Below the pieces are notes generated by a model. That model had not been told where the DNA came from. It saw nothing but the letters and a program-made list of their open reading frames with translations, and made no database searches. From contig NMRA01000573.1 in the NCBI GenBank assembly GCA_002633005.1, positions 124,001-188,000 of the forward strand: a stretch of 64,000 bases of DNA. Reading direction: 5' to 3'. A program made the position numbers and the translations under genes. This document shows, one piece after another, positions 39,583 to 53,023 of the stretch (the first letter of the stretch is position 1; each line of letters starts with the position of its first letter). The stretch comes from Phoronis australis. Its lineage: Eukaryota > Animalia > Phoronida.

Positions 39583-42500
39583 ATGAAAGTCTGGGTCGCT
39601 TGCGCAGTTCTTTTTCAGCTGGTCTGGAGAATTTGTTCTCAGTTTACGTTTGACAGGGCTTTATACAACGACAGTGTGGAAATCAAAGATCTACTCAAAG
39701 ATGTTTTAAGGAGGTTAGACGTTACAGACAATGTGGAAACGTACAAAGGTATGCGACGCCTCGGTGAAGTGACGGGTTGTTCAAAACCCCAGTGCTACGT
39801 TCTTTGGTACTTGTATTTTCAACATTAGAAGAACCTTTTCAGTTCACCGAACATACTATTGGAAAACGGTGTTTTGTGGACATAAATGAACTTTCTGATA
39901 GCATATCTAAAAATTTGAGACGAAATTATCTTGGCTACAATTAACTCATGAAAAACTGTCAATTGATTGAACCGTTGGGCAATCAGGAATGGCGTCTTAT
40001 TACTAATACATTCCACAACGTTTTTTATATATCCGGGATAGACACAATATTCAAGCTGGCTGATCTAGGATGTCGTAAGGGAGGCCGCGGGCAATGTCTG
40101 CGTAGTCCCTATAAACTGCCTACCGACGACGTTTTATTTAACTTTTGTTGTGCCTGTTGGGGGACCTGTGCCGTGGTTTTAAGCGTGGCTTCCACGTGTT
40201 TATGCGCTTGAGTTCAAAATGATCCAGTGCAGTTTAGGCAGATAATGCGCCAACTTCAGTGAATTAGAATCACGAAGTCTCGTCTTTGAAGTGCCATGAA
40301 ACCGCACCCAATAAACGAACGACTCGTATTCAACTATTCATTATCTTCTTCCCTTCATGTCGTGGTCGCAAGAAACCTATCTAACTGTAATCTGTCTGTC
40401 CAGGACTTTTCTTCATCCAACTCGACTCTGGGGTAGAACCAGACTATTGGAACCTCAAATCTTTGCTACAAAATTAAGACTCAGTTAAAAAGACTCTGCC
40501 AAAAGACAACAATTTATGTTACATGGTTCTCTGAGCAACATATAGTCCGTCGTAAACATTATGCCCCGGACTTGCGATTGGATAACCGGCATATCTGGTT
40601 TTAATTAATATTATTATTAAGTGACACTTTGTTAGTACTGTCTACTCTCTATAATACCGCTCCTCTCTAAATAAGCACAGTGGTCTGCCCGTGTTTATTA
40701 ACAGGACGTGAAATTTCTGCGTATATCATGCATGAATATCAGAGGGTCTTTTGACGTAGAACATTTATCATTTCAAAATGGCCGGGGCCAATCCTTGGTG
40801 TTTGGTTTGTAATGAGAATAAAGCGATATGCTGTCAACGTGTTGAGCATGTGGGTTTTCACTTTAAAGTTTTGGTCACAAACGAATTAGTGACCATGGCA
40901 ACCCTGGTAATAGCTCGCTCCACTGGAGTTCACCAGAAACACGTGTTCTCCCGTCATAAGATACCTGATATTTGATAGCTTCAGTAACTGGGGACAATTT
41001 TGTTTGTGAAATTCAGCGGTTTGCAAAACATTTTGCAGCTGTGCGCAGAAATAATAATGAGCAAGCCGAATGAACTCTTCACGTTAAATGTACGTACTTA
41101 AAAGTTCCAGTTTTTTAGAAGTGGCGTATGTAATTCCATTTGTCGGATTTCGTCTTTTACAAATTGAGCAAAATATATTTCACAGGCTTGAGCAGTCGAT
41201 TATATTTAAAAAGTTTTACCATTATTCCTGTTTTATCCAAAATCTTTGAGAACACGTTTGTTCATAACGTTTACAACCACAAAACAACGCCATCTTTGTC
41301 ACGGTTGTTTTGATTCATGTATTTGGGTGAAGCCATTTGATTTGATGTTTTTTACTACTGCGAAATAGCGTTCCTATTTATACATGATAAAACCATGGAC
41401 TAAATGGAATTAGATTGCTTGAACTTAAGGATTCATCACTGCTATCCTAATTTATTTTAGTTTGACAAACTTTACACTTTCGACTTGACCTAATTAGATC
41501 TGACCCAATTAGCACATGAGCTAATGTTTGTTGAATCTTCCCACACCGATTTAATAGAAACGTTTTACCTACTTACTAGGTAGTTACTTATTAGTTGAGC
41601 GTTGAATTCTTAGTGGATCTCAGTTAATATGATGACGTCATAAACAATTATAATAGACGGCGGGGTTAATAAAGGTTCACGGTATTTTCAGAGTGTGGTT
41701 AGAGCCAGGCAGCTAGAACACACGTATTAACCTAGGTCACCTTCTACCCAAGCAAGGGCACGTTTCACATGAAGTTTGTACATAACGTTTCGTAAATTTG
41801 TGCGAATGCCTTTAAAGCCATTAAAATGACAGCGCGGTTGGAAAGATGTTTTATTTCCTGTTAACCTAACGAGTCTTTCCGTCTGAGCATGAAAATGTAA
41901 GAAAAGATGTAAGCGTATGGCCTCATTTCTGTACATTTTTATCTCTTCCTACCAAGTGCTGGTGGTTGTAAGAAAAACTGGAGCTAATGACCGAAATCTG
42001 AGGTTAGAATGAATTCTACTCCTATCGTGACCAGAGCATAATCTATACTAGTCTGAGGTCTTTCTTACCAATTTAGGCCATATGCGCGAATTTATGTGCG
42101 CATAAGTCCAGATTAGGCGCATATGCGAATAAGTGAAACATATGCGAAAAAACAAAGAACGAATTTTTAAAGTAAATTTATTAGATATACATTGATGATG
42201 TTCGGCACTTTTATTCAATTAACTATTTCAGGCTGGATTTCATCCCTGATCATGCAGTTGAGAGCTCTGTGGGTTTAAAAACAACATTGAATTATATTGC
42301 ACACTGAGCCGACAACTCAAGTTACAGGCAATGCGTGCATGCGATCTTTTCTATGAAACGTCAAAGGGTTCTTGAACGAGCGCTTTTCTGTGCATAGAAA
42401 TGTGCTGAATCAACGCGTAGTTTTGCTTAATCAACGTAGTTTGAAACATGCCTAACAAAGTTAATGGTGCCATCATTTGTGTCGTCACTTGATAAGAATC

Positions 42501-45500
42501 TACAACTAATCTTCAAAAGTTGTCTTGCACCCATGTAGAAAACCTTCCGCTATTTTGATACTTCAAACACGGGCGTGATTAGACTAAATGGCCTGACTAA
42601 AAGTACGCATTGAATAAGTAAAGCTACGCGTTGATTAAGCAAAAATACGCGTTAAAGACCTGGTCTCAAAATGCCCACGTGGTTCCACTATCCGAAAATA
42701 ACTTACTACATAAAATCTTATTTTCGACACCCTTTCTTTATATTCTTTTCGCTTTTCTTGCCAAAAGCGATTTTTAACAGTTATTAACCCTTCTCTGTGA
42801 GCGTATAATTACCGGCTGTCATCGGTTATTTCCGTACCCCATTTCCGGCTCATCATTCAGGAACACCGCTATTTTTTCCTTGTAACTGAATGTGCTATCG
42901 CTTGCTCGAAAAGTCTTCATTATTTCGTTTTATTAGAAATATCTCGTGATTCGTTTGCATATGTAGTGTATTTATAGCTTGTAGTTAGTGGTCGTTGAAT
43001 TTTTTTGGAATGTTACGCGTACTTAGTATGTTAAAATAGCATTGCTATTTAGTTCCTTACGTAGGCCGGTCGAACCTAGGAATCAATATGGGTTGAACCA
43101 ATTTTTTCGGTTTTATTTTTTTCTTATTTTGAAAAAGTACTTTGCTATCATCGGAAAGGTAGTGCATTCTACTCAGTAAAAATAGGAAAAAGTATCAAAA
43201 TCGGGGCAAGCAGTGTAAAGTTATTGCAAGTTTTGTGGCGAAATTTGGGTCACTTTGTTTGGATCGCGTCGGCCATATTGGAGGACAGCGGATGAGTTAC
43301 CAGTTTAAAACTTTGTGTAAATTGTTTTAGCCAACAAATTACGGTAAAATTTAGTTATACATATCTTTACTTAATATTCTGCACGATTCAACAGTGTTCA
43401 CCAAATTTCAGCCTCGCAGTTGTTGCTCATTAAGTGATAAATGTACTCACAATTCCCGTTGGACCTCGTCTCATTTCTGGCGGCACCGACAACATGGCGA
43501 CTTTTGCTGAACTGAAAGGCATGTTCAGTCGGCTACTTTGTACTTTGTGAAGATTTAACGTTGATACATTTTGGCAAACGTTGCTACAAAAAAGGAACTT
43601 TGTTCAATTTTCGTGTTTTTGTGCAAAGTATAAGATATATTCGAATTATTTTACTGTAAATTTCCCATTCAGGTGATCTTACACTAAGCTAAAAAAAATA
43701 GTTGAAATAATTTTGGAATGTTTTTGTTTGACAGTCAACTGCTGTTCAAGACTTGATTCGGTGTCACAAAATGGTTCATATTTTTCTAAATTTTAAGTCT
43801 CAGTTGCTTTCAAGTCATGTTTTGTAACTTATTGCTTCTTAATTCAGGTTATCAAGTTAACAATATGAATAATCTTAATTTGAGAAATAAGCTATGTTGG
43901 ATTGTGAAGCTTCAAGCCTCTAATTCTTGTTCCTTGCAACTTCATATTTTTTTTAATCATGCTTGTCAAATTCTGGTGTAAGGAAACACTATTCCGTCAC
44001 CATGGTAATAGTTACATGTATGTCCACTTTCATATCATGGAAACTGTTGCTCTTGAATAGTGTTTGTAATGCTAAATTTTGTAAAGTATTGTGCATTTTA
44101 AGTTACTTATTATGTTAAAAGTTTGAATCATTTTTAGTTAATGAATAAAAAATGATAACATTTTGTATTGGACTTGTCATACATATGTGTTCGAACGAGC
44201 CCCCTTTTTGGAGAACTGGAAAAATGTCTGCCTCAGCCAGAGAAGCACGAATTCCGAAAAAAGTAGAAACTGCGACAACATTCCACTAGAAGACAGGAAG
44301 TACCAAAATTTAGCGTCTGCAATTCATAGCTCTGAACATACCCACTGAATCTTATAGTAAAAGATAGGAATTCCCAAAAAATTCCAGCCCCCCCCCCCCA
44401 TGCTTTTAGGCTTGGTGCGCTCATACAAAGTCTGGGCAAATCTCTGTTGAAAGCCAACAACTTTGCACAGTTCGCCAGAAGTACCCAAGTTCTAAATAAA
44501 CCTCGTTTGATAGGCCTACTAACAAGCTGTATTTTGACGATAGTCTTCACTGGTAGCTGGCACTGAGGCTAGCTAAGGTCTGCCGCGGCAGTGTGACACA
44601 GGACTAACCAGCCCGTAATTTCATGCAAGTGTCTGAAACCACGGCATTTATGATTTGAACATTCTACTTCGACAAAACAGCTTGCAACCGCATGCAATTA
44701 CGTTCGCCAGTGTCTGGTCTCGATCCGCACCGGGTCCGATAGGCTGCGGTACCGAGTCTAGCAAAATAATTTCTGTCAAAATTTATCTATTTTGATTTTA
44801 TAAAAATTAAGGCGTGCTGTCGATTATTTTATCCCCGTTTGCTGGCTGGTAACAGGCACTGCTCCGGTCGCACTGACGGCGTTTTCTCGGCCTGGGTTCC
44901 TGAATGAATTGTACTTCCGGGTTCAAAGTGGCGGTGGTTCTTCGGGTGCGAATCGTGAGTGGCGCGTTCATTTAAACTTTTTTCAAGTACAGATTGTGTA
45001 TTAGTTATGGGGTAGGTACTTCTTGGATCCTTACACCATCCTCTAACCATGTAATAAGGGTTAACAACGCGTGCGACCAGGTCTTTAAATAAGAGCAGAA
45101 CAATGATCGTTTAAGAATTAAAAGTACGCGTTAATAAGCAAAACTATGCGATGGTTAAGCAAAACTGCGTAGCCACAAGTTCAGGGCTGGCCAATCCTAA
45201 TAAAGTCGGGTGTTTTCTTGAGTCGCTGATGGTTTCCATGTTCTTGTTGATAACGTTAATAAAATCCTGTCTAGGGGAATGTTATGAGACCGATTTTATG
45301 ATAGTAAAATGTCTTAATCCGTTTTTGTTTTTTATCCAGCTTAGCTGGGTCGAATGCAGATTTAAACTAAATAACAAGGAAATGACAACAGACAATCGGA
45401 AAACACCCAATTTAAGATACGCCGATATAATGCAAGAGTCACCAAATGAATCATTGACTCATAGGCTTATGTGCTGAACCTTTGAGCAAAACATAACGCA

Positions 45501-48500
45501 AATGCCCTCATCTCGGCGCGTAAACACAATTCTCTCAGGACGCCTTTCGGCTCGTTCCCATACACCCTTCAGACTACCGTTTTCTTGGTTCCGTGTGGGC
45601 TGGTCAATATTATCTCCCCTGCGGTCTTTCGCACTCCTCAGCTCATTCTTCCAATGGATTCTTCAGAATAAACTGAATGTCCCACTTGACGACTTCTTCG
45701 TTGACCCACCATCCGCCCAGCACCCCCACCCCTAATTCCTAACTCCATATCAAGCTCTTCCTGTCTCCAAACGTTTCTCACCTTGTGTGAGGAAATTGAC
45801 GTACCCATCAATCACCAATGGACCATCCTTCCAACAACCTCCATAACTACATGTATCTAAGGAATTCATCTCGACTCCAAAGCTATGACAGCTTCCCGTC
45901 ACAGGAGACAAACCTACTATGGCCCAACATCTACTCCATTAATTTCAATGTAAAAGGTCTGTCTTATTACGTGACCTCCAGTCTCTCATGGCTTCCTCAC
46001 TCTAAAGTTTCAGTGAATGCTTTGTCCTCGTTCCTGGTCGGGCCTACCTCCGTCGCCTCGTCGATCTCACTATTGGCATATCCCAGCCTCATCATCACGT
46101 CACACTCACCAAGGAAGCCCGACTGACATCTGCGTTTGGCTTTCTTTTCTCCACTCTTTCACTGGCAAGTTTGTGTTCCTTTTCGAACATAGGGGCTCAT
46201 CACAATCAGTCAAACTATATAACGACTCCACCTCTGAACATGGAAGATTTGTCTCTGTTTGCGGGTGTGACTGCCGTTGTTTTCTGGCCCTTGGCCACTT
46301 TCCATCTCCCATTTTAACATCACGTTCATAGGGATATCGTTCTTGGCTTAGAGATTTGGGGTCCTAAACTTGCTAATTATCGGATTCTTTTCATGTGCAA
46401 CAACCATGCAGTGGTTGATATCATCAATAAAAACTCATTTACTTTACAGCCTTTGCCTCATCACCCCCTCTCCATTCTACAGGTCTCAGACGTCTCGGGT
46501 CACCTCTGCGTTCATGTCTCTCACCCTCTCCCACTACAGGCGTCATGACCACACCCCTACAACTCGTTCTACGGGACATTATTGCCCTGTTGTCACCCTT
46601 CAACACTACCTCAGTCTCTCTAACCACTCCTTGGGACCCTCATTTCTTTCAGTTTCCAGAATACGCGAGTGTGTCGGTCTCGATCCTGAACGCTACAAAT
46701 CTGTTTCAGTATTGGCGCAGCCACATCCGCTGCGACTCTCCGTTCAACGTATGGGTCGCTGGAACTCCGACGCCCTCAGTAACTACATTCGTTTCCCATC
46801 CCTACTCTTCACTCTTTCTAATATTTTCACCTACACACTATCTTTGGGCTTTGAATATTGTCACGGATTGGTGTGGTGTAGATTATGACAACTTGTCAGT
46901 ATCAAAGTTCTCCCCAAACAACGACTGCACCCTGTACAGTTCCAGAAGCGTATTAGCCTGAGTTTTGAACGCCTTCACAGATTGTTTTTGCGAGTAAAAT
47001 GCTTTGCCTGTTTAGGATGCATTCATCTTTTGTAAGCTACTGAGTTAACTTCTATGAAGACTTTTGTCCCTTGAATGGTAGTAGGAACATGAGCTATTGG
47101 TTATTTGAATTAGGTTTTTTCATTACTCATTGAATTCTTGAGCCTGCTTTGTATGGGTTGGGCCCAGTTTTTGCCTATAATGTGGATTGAAACTTGCCGT
47201 GAATCATTCGATTACGTTATCTGTAAGCAGAACTGTAAGCTGTGCACACCGTACTTGTGCACTAGAAATCTTACTCTTCCCTTTCGCAGATTGTACCGAT
47301 TTGAAAGCCAAGAAGCCAGCGACACTTGACGGCGTCTATGAAATCACCACATTGTACTCCAGACGTACGATGAAAGTTTACTGCGACATGACGAGCGACG
47401 GTGGAAAAGGTTGGACAGTTCTGCAGAGACGTCAAGACGGAAGTGTTAATTTTACCAGGAACTGGTTCCAGTACAAATACGGATTTGGAGATCTTAACGG
47501 CGAGTTCTGGTTAGGTAAGCCCGGCGGCTGTATCAGTCTGCACCCGTTTATCAGATTAATATTCAAGAGCTGAAGAATCAGTGCGTGAGATTGTGTGAAT
47601 CTTAGATACGTTTTAAACTAGTTTCTAGTAAGGATCAGCCGACTACATTTTTTTCTGACTCGTGATTCGCCTACAGAAAATGACATTGAAATATTTACTA
47701 ACGAAGAATGGCCCTCCTAACAAGGATACTAAGTCGTCTCTTATGCAAGACAATTACTTTTAATTTCTATTTACCTCTTCGATTCCCGATAAGCACATTT
47801 TTAAGGTTCCTCTTTGCGTACTAGTACAAAAGTTGTCCCAAAAATGTACTCAGCGACGTCGGGGAACTCAATTTCAACTCTCCTGGATCAGACTCTTCGC
47901 TCAGACATATTACATGGTTACACATTGATGTGAGAAGGCGAGTGAGCCGTCACGTGCTCTTTATGCACAGGAATGGAAAACAAACGATTCTATTTTGGAG
48001 AATGAAAATTAATTGCGCTGTTGCTGCTGAAAAATCAGAAACGTCAAGGACAGTATCTTTTCTTAAGTTGAAAAAACGAAAAACGATTCATTTTTGATCG
48101 TGTCAATCTTTATGAATTTAAAGTGACATTATCGGCGTGAAAACTGGTCTTGTATCTTATACATTGACCTTAGAGCGTTAAGAAGTTGTTAAACTTCAAG
48201 TATTTGACTACACATACTAACTACAAAACAACAAACAACATTAGACTGTTTCTAGAAGTCTTTTGACTTTTAGCTAAAATCAGTCCATGGATGGCTTAGT
48301 ATTTTTCACGAAAGCAGGCTCAGGTAAAAGGTCATGACCTTGTTGACAAGTCTGTATATTTAGCCAAGTACCTGCAAAACTATGAACATTTTGGCTCAGC
48401 AGATGTTAGGCCAGGGTGCCATTCTCCAATCCGGTCGAAACGCTGAAGACCCGTGATAATTGTTTTCATCTGTATACTCTCGAGCATACTCTACAAACAC

Positions 48501-51500
48501 TCGCCTTCCTCTTGTGTGATTTTGCGTCTTGCGTGGTCGTTCTTTTTGGTGATATTTTTGCACCTCTTTTTTGTCATGGCGTTGAGATTTATAGCGCCAC
48601 TCTCGTCACACGACGGCGTTGTAAAGGAACGTAATGGAGTGGCAAATGTTACTCCAGTCACCAGATGGCGAGAACTGTCCACCAGGAGTCGGCTCGTCAA
48701 GAACTGCCAAAACAATATGTCGTTGAAATCGACGGCATTTTGTGGGTCCGCTAAAATTAGTTCTACGTCACAATTTGAATAGTATAATCTTTCCAAGGGT
48801 ACAGTATTTTTATTCATCTCTTCTCCTTAAAAATCAGGTAAAATAAAAAATGCAAGCGTAAAGTTGGAGTCTTTAGCATACCAAATGGTGATGTTTCCAA
48901 AATCAAAGTTACCGCAAACAAGCCTAGCATCAGAATGACGATGGTGGTCATTAGCACGAACCATTCATTCCCAAGTCTTTTCCCAGTTCAACTTTTTACA
49001 ACCTCATTTTCTGTTTTGCAATTTCCTTGGTCTCCCCGAGGCTTCAACCCTGATCGATCCCCGTATGAGCCAAAAACCCTGGTTAGCACACTACCTTTCA
49101 ACACATGCATTGGAAGGCGACCATTTGTCGCAGTCCATTGTACATATTGTCGCATCTGATACATAATTCTAGTCCAGGTGGCTATTTGTGACTATGGTGA
49201 CGGCATATGTCATCATCCTGGTCAATTATTGACGCCCGGGCAACAGCATGTGTCAAGTGCGAAAATTTGGAAAATGTGGAGAGACTGACTTGAACATACG
49301 TCTATCTGGAATTGATCATTAAAATGCTGATCTAGCATGGGAACGTCTAAGCATTTATCCCAATAAGCATCTGTTTGCAGGCAACGACAACATATATCAC
49401 GTCACGAATCAAGATTTATACAGAGCGAAAATTGAACTCGTCAATTTTGGCGATGTGACAAAGAACGCAATATATTCGACATTTTACATCGGGGCTGAGG
49501 ACACCAAATACAAGCTCAGCCTTGGAAAGTATATTGCGTCAGGGCGCGGACTAGACGCTGGAGACGCCTTGACGACCATGCACAATGGCATGAACTTTAC
49601 CACGTGGGACCAAGACAATGACAGGGCATCGGGGACCAGTTGTGTGACCCATGCCCACTATAGACACGGGTAAGTGGCGCAGGCGTCTTGGCATTCTCCG
49701 ATCTTTATCAAACTTTCATTCTGACCGTTGCTTTATTATGCCACATGTACAACTCGAACTGCACTTTACCTCCAACCTGAAGTTCGAGGTGGACAGGAGT
49801 TTATGAACGTACATATCAACTGGCATGGTAACCGAACAACGGGGTCATGGCCCCTGTTCCTCAATTTTGCCGCCACTGACCCCAAGTTGTCACTCGTTTC
49901 AGCACGTCCCCTGGTTTCCATGTGGATCTAGGATTTTGAGTTAGGGAGGGCCAGGACAGGGTATTAGCCGGGATTTTGCCCGTCAGACATTCGCACCCCC
50001 GAACTACCAAATGGAATCTGGGAGAATTTCAGGGGGGCCATGGTCCCCTTGGCCCCCCTCTAAATCCGCCACTGAGTATACACAATAACCTATCACGTTT
50101 GGTTGTTTGATGTCTCTAATGCTGTAAGTACGATAGCCATGACGAACGCTCTGTAATAAACTGCATTTGTCGTTATAAAAGACGGTGTGCATTTTACTCA
50201 GACATATTTAAAATACAAACGTCGTTACCAAGACAATCTGTAAAGAAAAAAGAACTCTGACTTGAAACATTATTTTTTCTTAAATGTCATATATTTCAAT
50301 GAGTCTGGGGTCGCCGTCATTATTTCTTTGGTGGGTGTGAACCTGCCTCCAAGCGTCCAACACTAGAAAACAACGACAGTGAACTATTTTTAGGGGAAGT
50401 TTGAAAATTATGGACGCTTCTCGCCATTGCAACATCCTGCATCCGCCGACGTACCTTCAAAATTTCCATTACATGTTATATGAGTCTGGGGATTAGTAAT
50501 GTATGTTATGTTACCTGTGGATTATTGAAATGAATGAGTACAAATAAAGTCTAATAACTACTTCATCAATATTCATTTTTACCTGTTGCATGTCTCAAAT
50601 GATTTGGAATGACAGAACTTGCTTCACAACACTTATATTTTCGCGAGACTTGCCCAAAATATTCTTTAAAAAGTGATTGTCACGTGACCTTTAACTGTCG
50701 AAATGTCGAAGGTGTCCGTCTGCATGTTGCACGTTGAGCTTGTTAATTTGATCATCTCCATGAAAATTGTGTCATATCAAAGCACATAGAACTGCATAGC
50801 CATAAACACTCCATTAGTTTTGCAACACTGCATCAGCGGAGGGTGGTCGTAGGTTGTGGGGGCGGTGCGAATCCTGTGGCAGATCGGGGGCTAGAATCTA
50901 TCGAACGATAGTCTTAGCCACAAGCGAACGGCAAAACTGTTGGCGAGAGTTATCCACATTCTAAAGTTCAGATTCTGAAAGATCCATCTAGGTTGAGCAG
51001 CGCGAGCTATGATTCTGAACCGATAACATAAATTTCTACACACCTGTAAATTCCGACCAGTATCGCATCAGGTGTCAAAAGTACGTATATGGACACGTCC
51101 ATTCAAAAACTTGTAGTGAGAATTGTCTTTCCAAACTTTTAAAACAATGCCGTTAGTGACTGTGCATTACAGATTAAGTTCAAAATGAATGCACATCAAT
51201 TAACTTGAGTCTTCAGGGCAATATTCCTCTCGATAACCCGCATGATAGAAATCGGACACAAGAAGCCTTTGCGGTGGTTAATTTTCGAATTTCCCTTTAC
51301 GAAACTCTAACTCTGTGAATCTGTGAGGGATTCTTCAGAAATATGTTACGTAGATAGTTCTCGTCAAAAGCTAGCAGAGGGGTGTCATCCATTTCTCGCT
51401 GCGATTTACCGTTCTCGCGTTATACAAGAGTTTTTGTTCTTTTATTGACCAATGTTTTGCGGTTATGGTTCTTGGTCATTTTTGATCGGAAGCTTGGTCC

Positions 51501-52446
51501 ACATTAAAGTTGAAGTGACCTTAAATGGGTATGTTATCGTATGTCATCGTATGTTATCCCTCATACGTTTCTTCAACCTCAACATAGGCTACCATGGAAG
51601 CACGGATTTGCGTGCTTGTTATTGAAAGTTAAGAGTACTACATAACCTAAGAGATGAACGTACACAACAATGCATGATGTTCAGTTTAACTACTAAAACT
51701 AAAATCCTTTTGTCATACACAACGAGAATTTACCTCGAGAACGTTTACAGCCTCCTTGTACCGGCGGCGGCCGTTCTCAAACTGCACACGCAAACGTGTG
51801 ACGTCACGACCGGAATGCCGGTGGGTGGCGATAAAAGCCTAGTTTTTTCATCATAGCGTGTTCAGTTGGAATTGTCCAACATCTCTGTTCTTGCATTTAA
51901 TTCCCATTTTTAATATGAATAGATTCTCTAATCCATCTCATGAATATTTTGCTGCCATTGTCCACGATGCCAATCTCAAGCAAGAAAACGACAAACTTCA
52001 CACTCGGTGTCAACGAAGAATGCCCGAGATTGTTGTATACAAATCAGATATTACGGACCATACTTTACAAAACAATCATTTCCCCATTCTATGAACTCGA
52101 CAAACAGCCAACGGGGTTGGTAAACCTCGGCTGGCTAATAGAGCCGCAGTGGACAACATTGATTACAAAACGGACGTCAGAGTGCAAATGCATCTGTTTA
52201 TTGGTGTTCAAGTATTTCAATACTGTTAAAAAGCATTAAATTGAATTACGTGTGTCCTATTCTACTTTCAGTGGCGGTTGGTGGTTTGGTAATTGTGACA
52301 CAGCAAACCTAAATGCGGAATATCTAAAGACTTGGCGAAACACCAAAGGAAGTGAAAGAAACATAGAGTGGGGACGTTTTACTAACAGTGTGTATTGGAT
52401 AAAAAGAACTGTGTTGAAAATACGACCCGCCTCAGAATTCGATTGA
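39583..52446 (+). CDS. Secreted fibrinogen-related domain protein (FReD; ficolin/tachylectin-5-like), about 295 aa
   Basis: FBG exons are 47290-47514 ([51 protein letters not shown]), 49381-49669 ([21 protein letters not shown]) and 52272-52446 ([16 protein letters not shown]), with matching phases. The probable 5' exons are 39583-39748 (signal peptide plus a short amphipathic helix, phase 1) and 40042-40074 ([11 protein letters not shown], phase 1/1). Linking these to the FBG exons is an inference. Confidence 0.8.
45480..46810 (+). mobile_element. Decayed DIRS/Ngaro-type tyrosine-recombinase retrotransposon fragment in a FReD intron
   Basis: YR-like remnants [21 protein letters not shown] and [15 protein letters not shown], plus RNase H-like remnants ([31 protein letters not shown]). 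The region is C/T-rich, with many frameshifts and deletions. Boundaries are approximate. Confidence 0.7.
47290..52446 (+). CDS. Fibrinogen C-terminal (FBG) domain, three exons
   Basis: Hallmark motifs [28 protein letters not shown] and GWWF..C..NLN, with canonical splice sites. Confidence 0.95.
49919..50074. mobile_element. Short MITE of the CAGTGGCGGAT-ended type (a related end lies at about 26250-26265)
   Basis: The right end is aaatccgccactg and the degenerate left end is ccatgtggatctagg, with a G/C-run interior. Confidence 0.5.
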
Positions 52447-53023
52447 ACTGGGGCTTTTCAGCCTCGAATATGCAAATACTGCTAAACCTTATCACAGGAC
52501 TCAAATACACGCAGCTTGTTGAATGCATGCTCATTGTATTCGCTGTAAGCTTGTCACTGTACTCATTAAATACGTGCTGACCGCTGTAAGCATGTCACAG
52601 GACTCATTAATTACATGTTGACCGCTGTAAGCTTGTCACAAGACTCACTAAATACATGCTGACTGCTTTAAAATAGTCACAGGACTCATTAAATACGTGC
52701 TGACCGCTGTAAACTTGTCACAGATCTCATTAAGTACATGCTGACCGCTGTAAACTTGTCACAATACTCACTAAATACATGCTGACCGCTTTAAACTAGT
52801 CACAGGACTCATAAACTACGTGCTTACTGCTGTAAACTTGTCACAGAACTCATTAAATACATGCTGACCGCTGTAGTGATCTTGTCACAGATCTCACTAA
52901 ATACATGCTGACCGCTGTAAACTTGTCACGGAACTCATTAAATACATGCTGACCGCTGTAAACTTGTCACGGAACTCATTAAATACAGGCTGATTGCTGT
53001 TAAGCTTATCACATGAGTCATAA

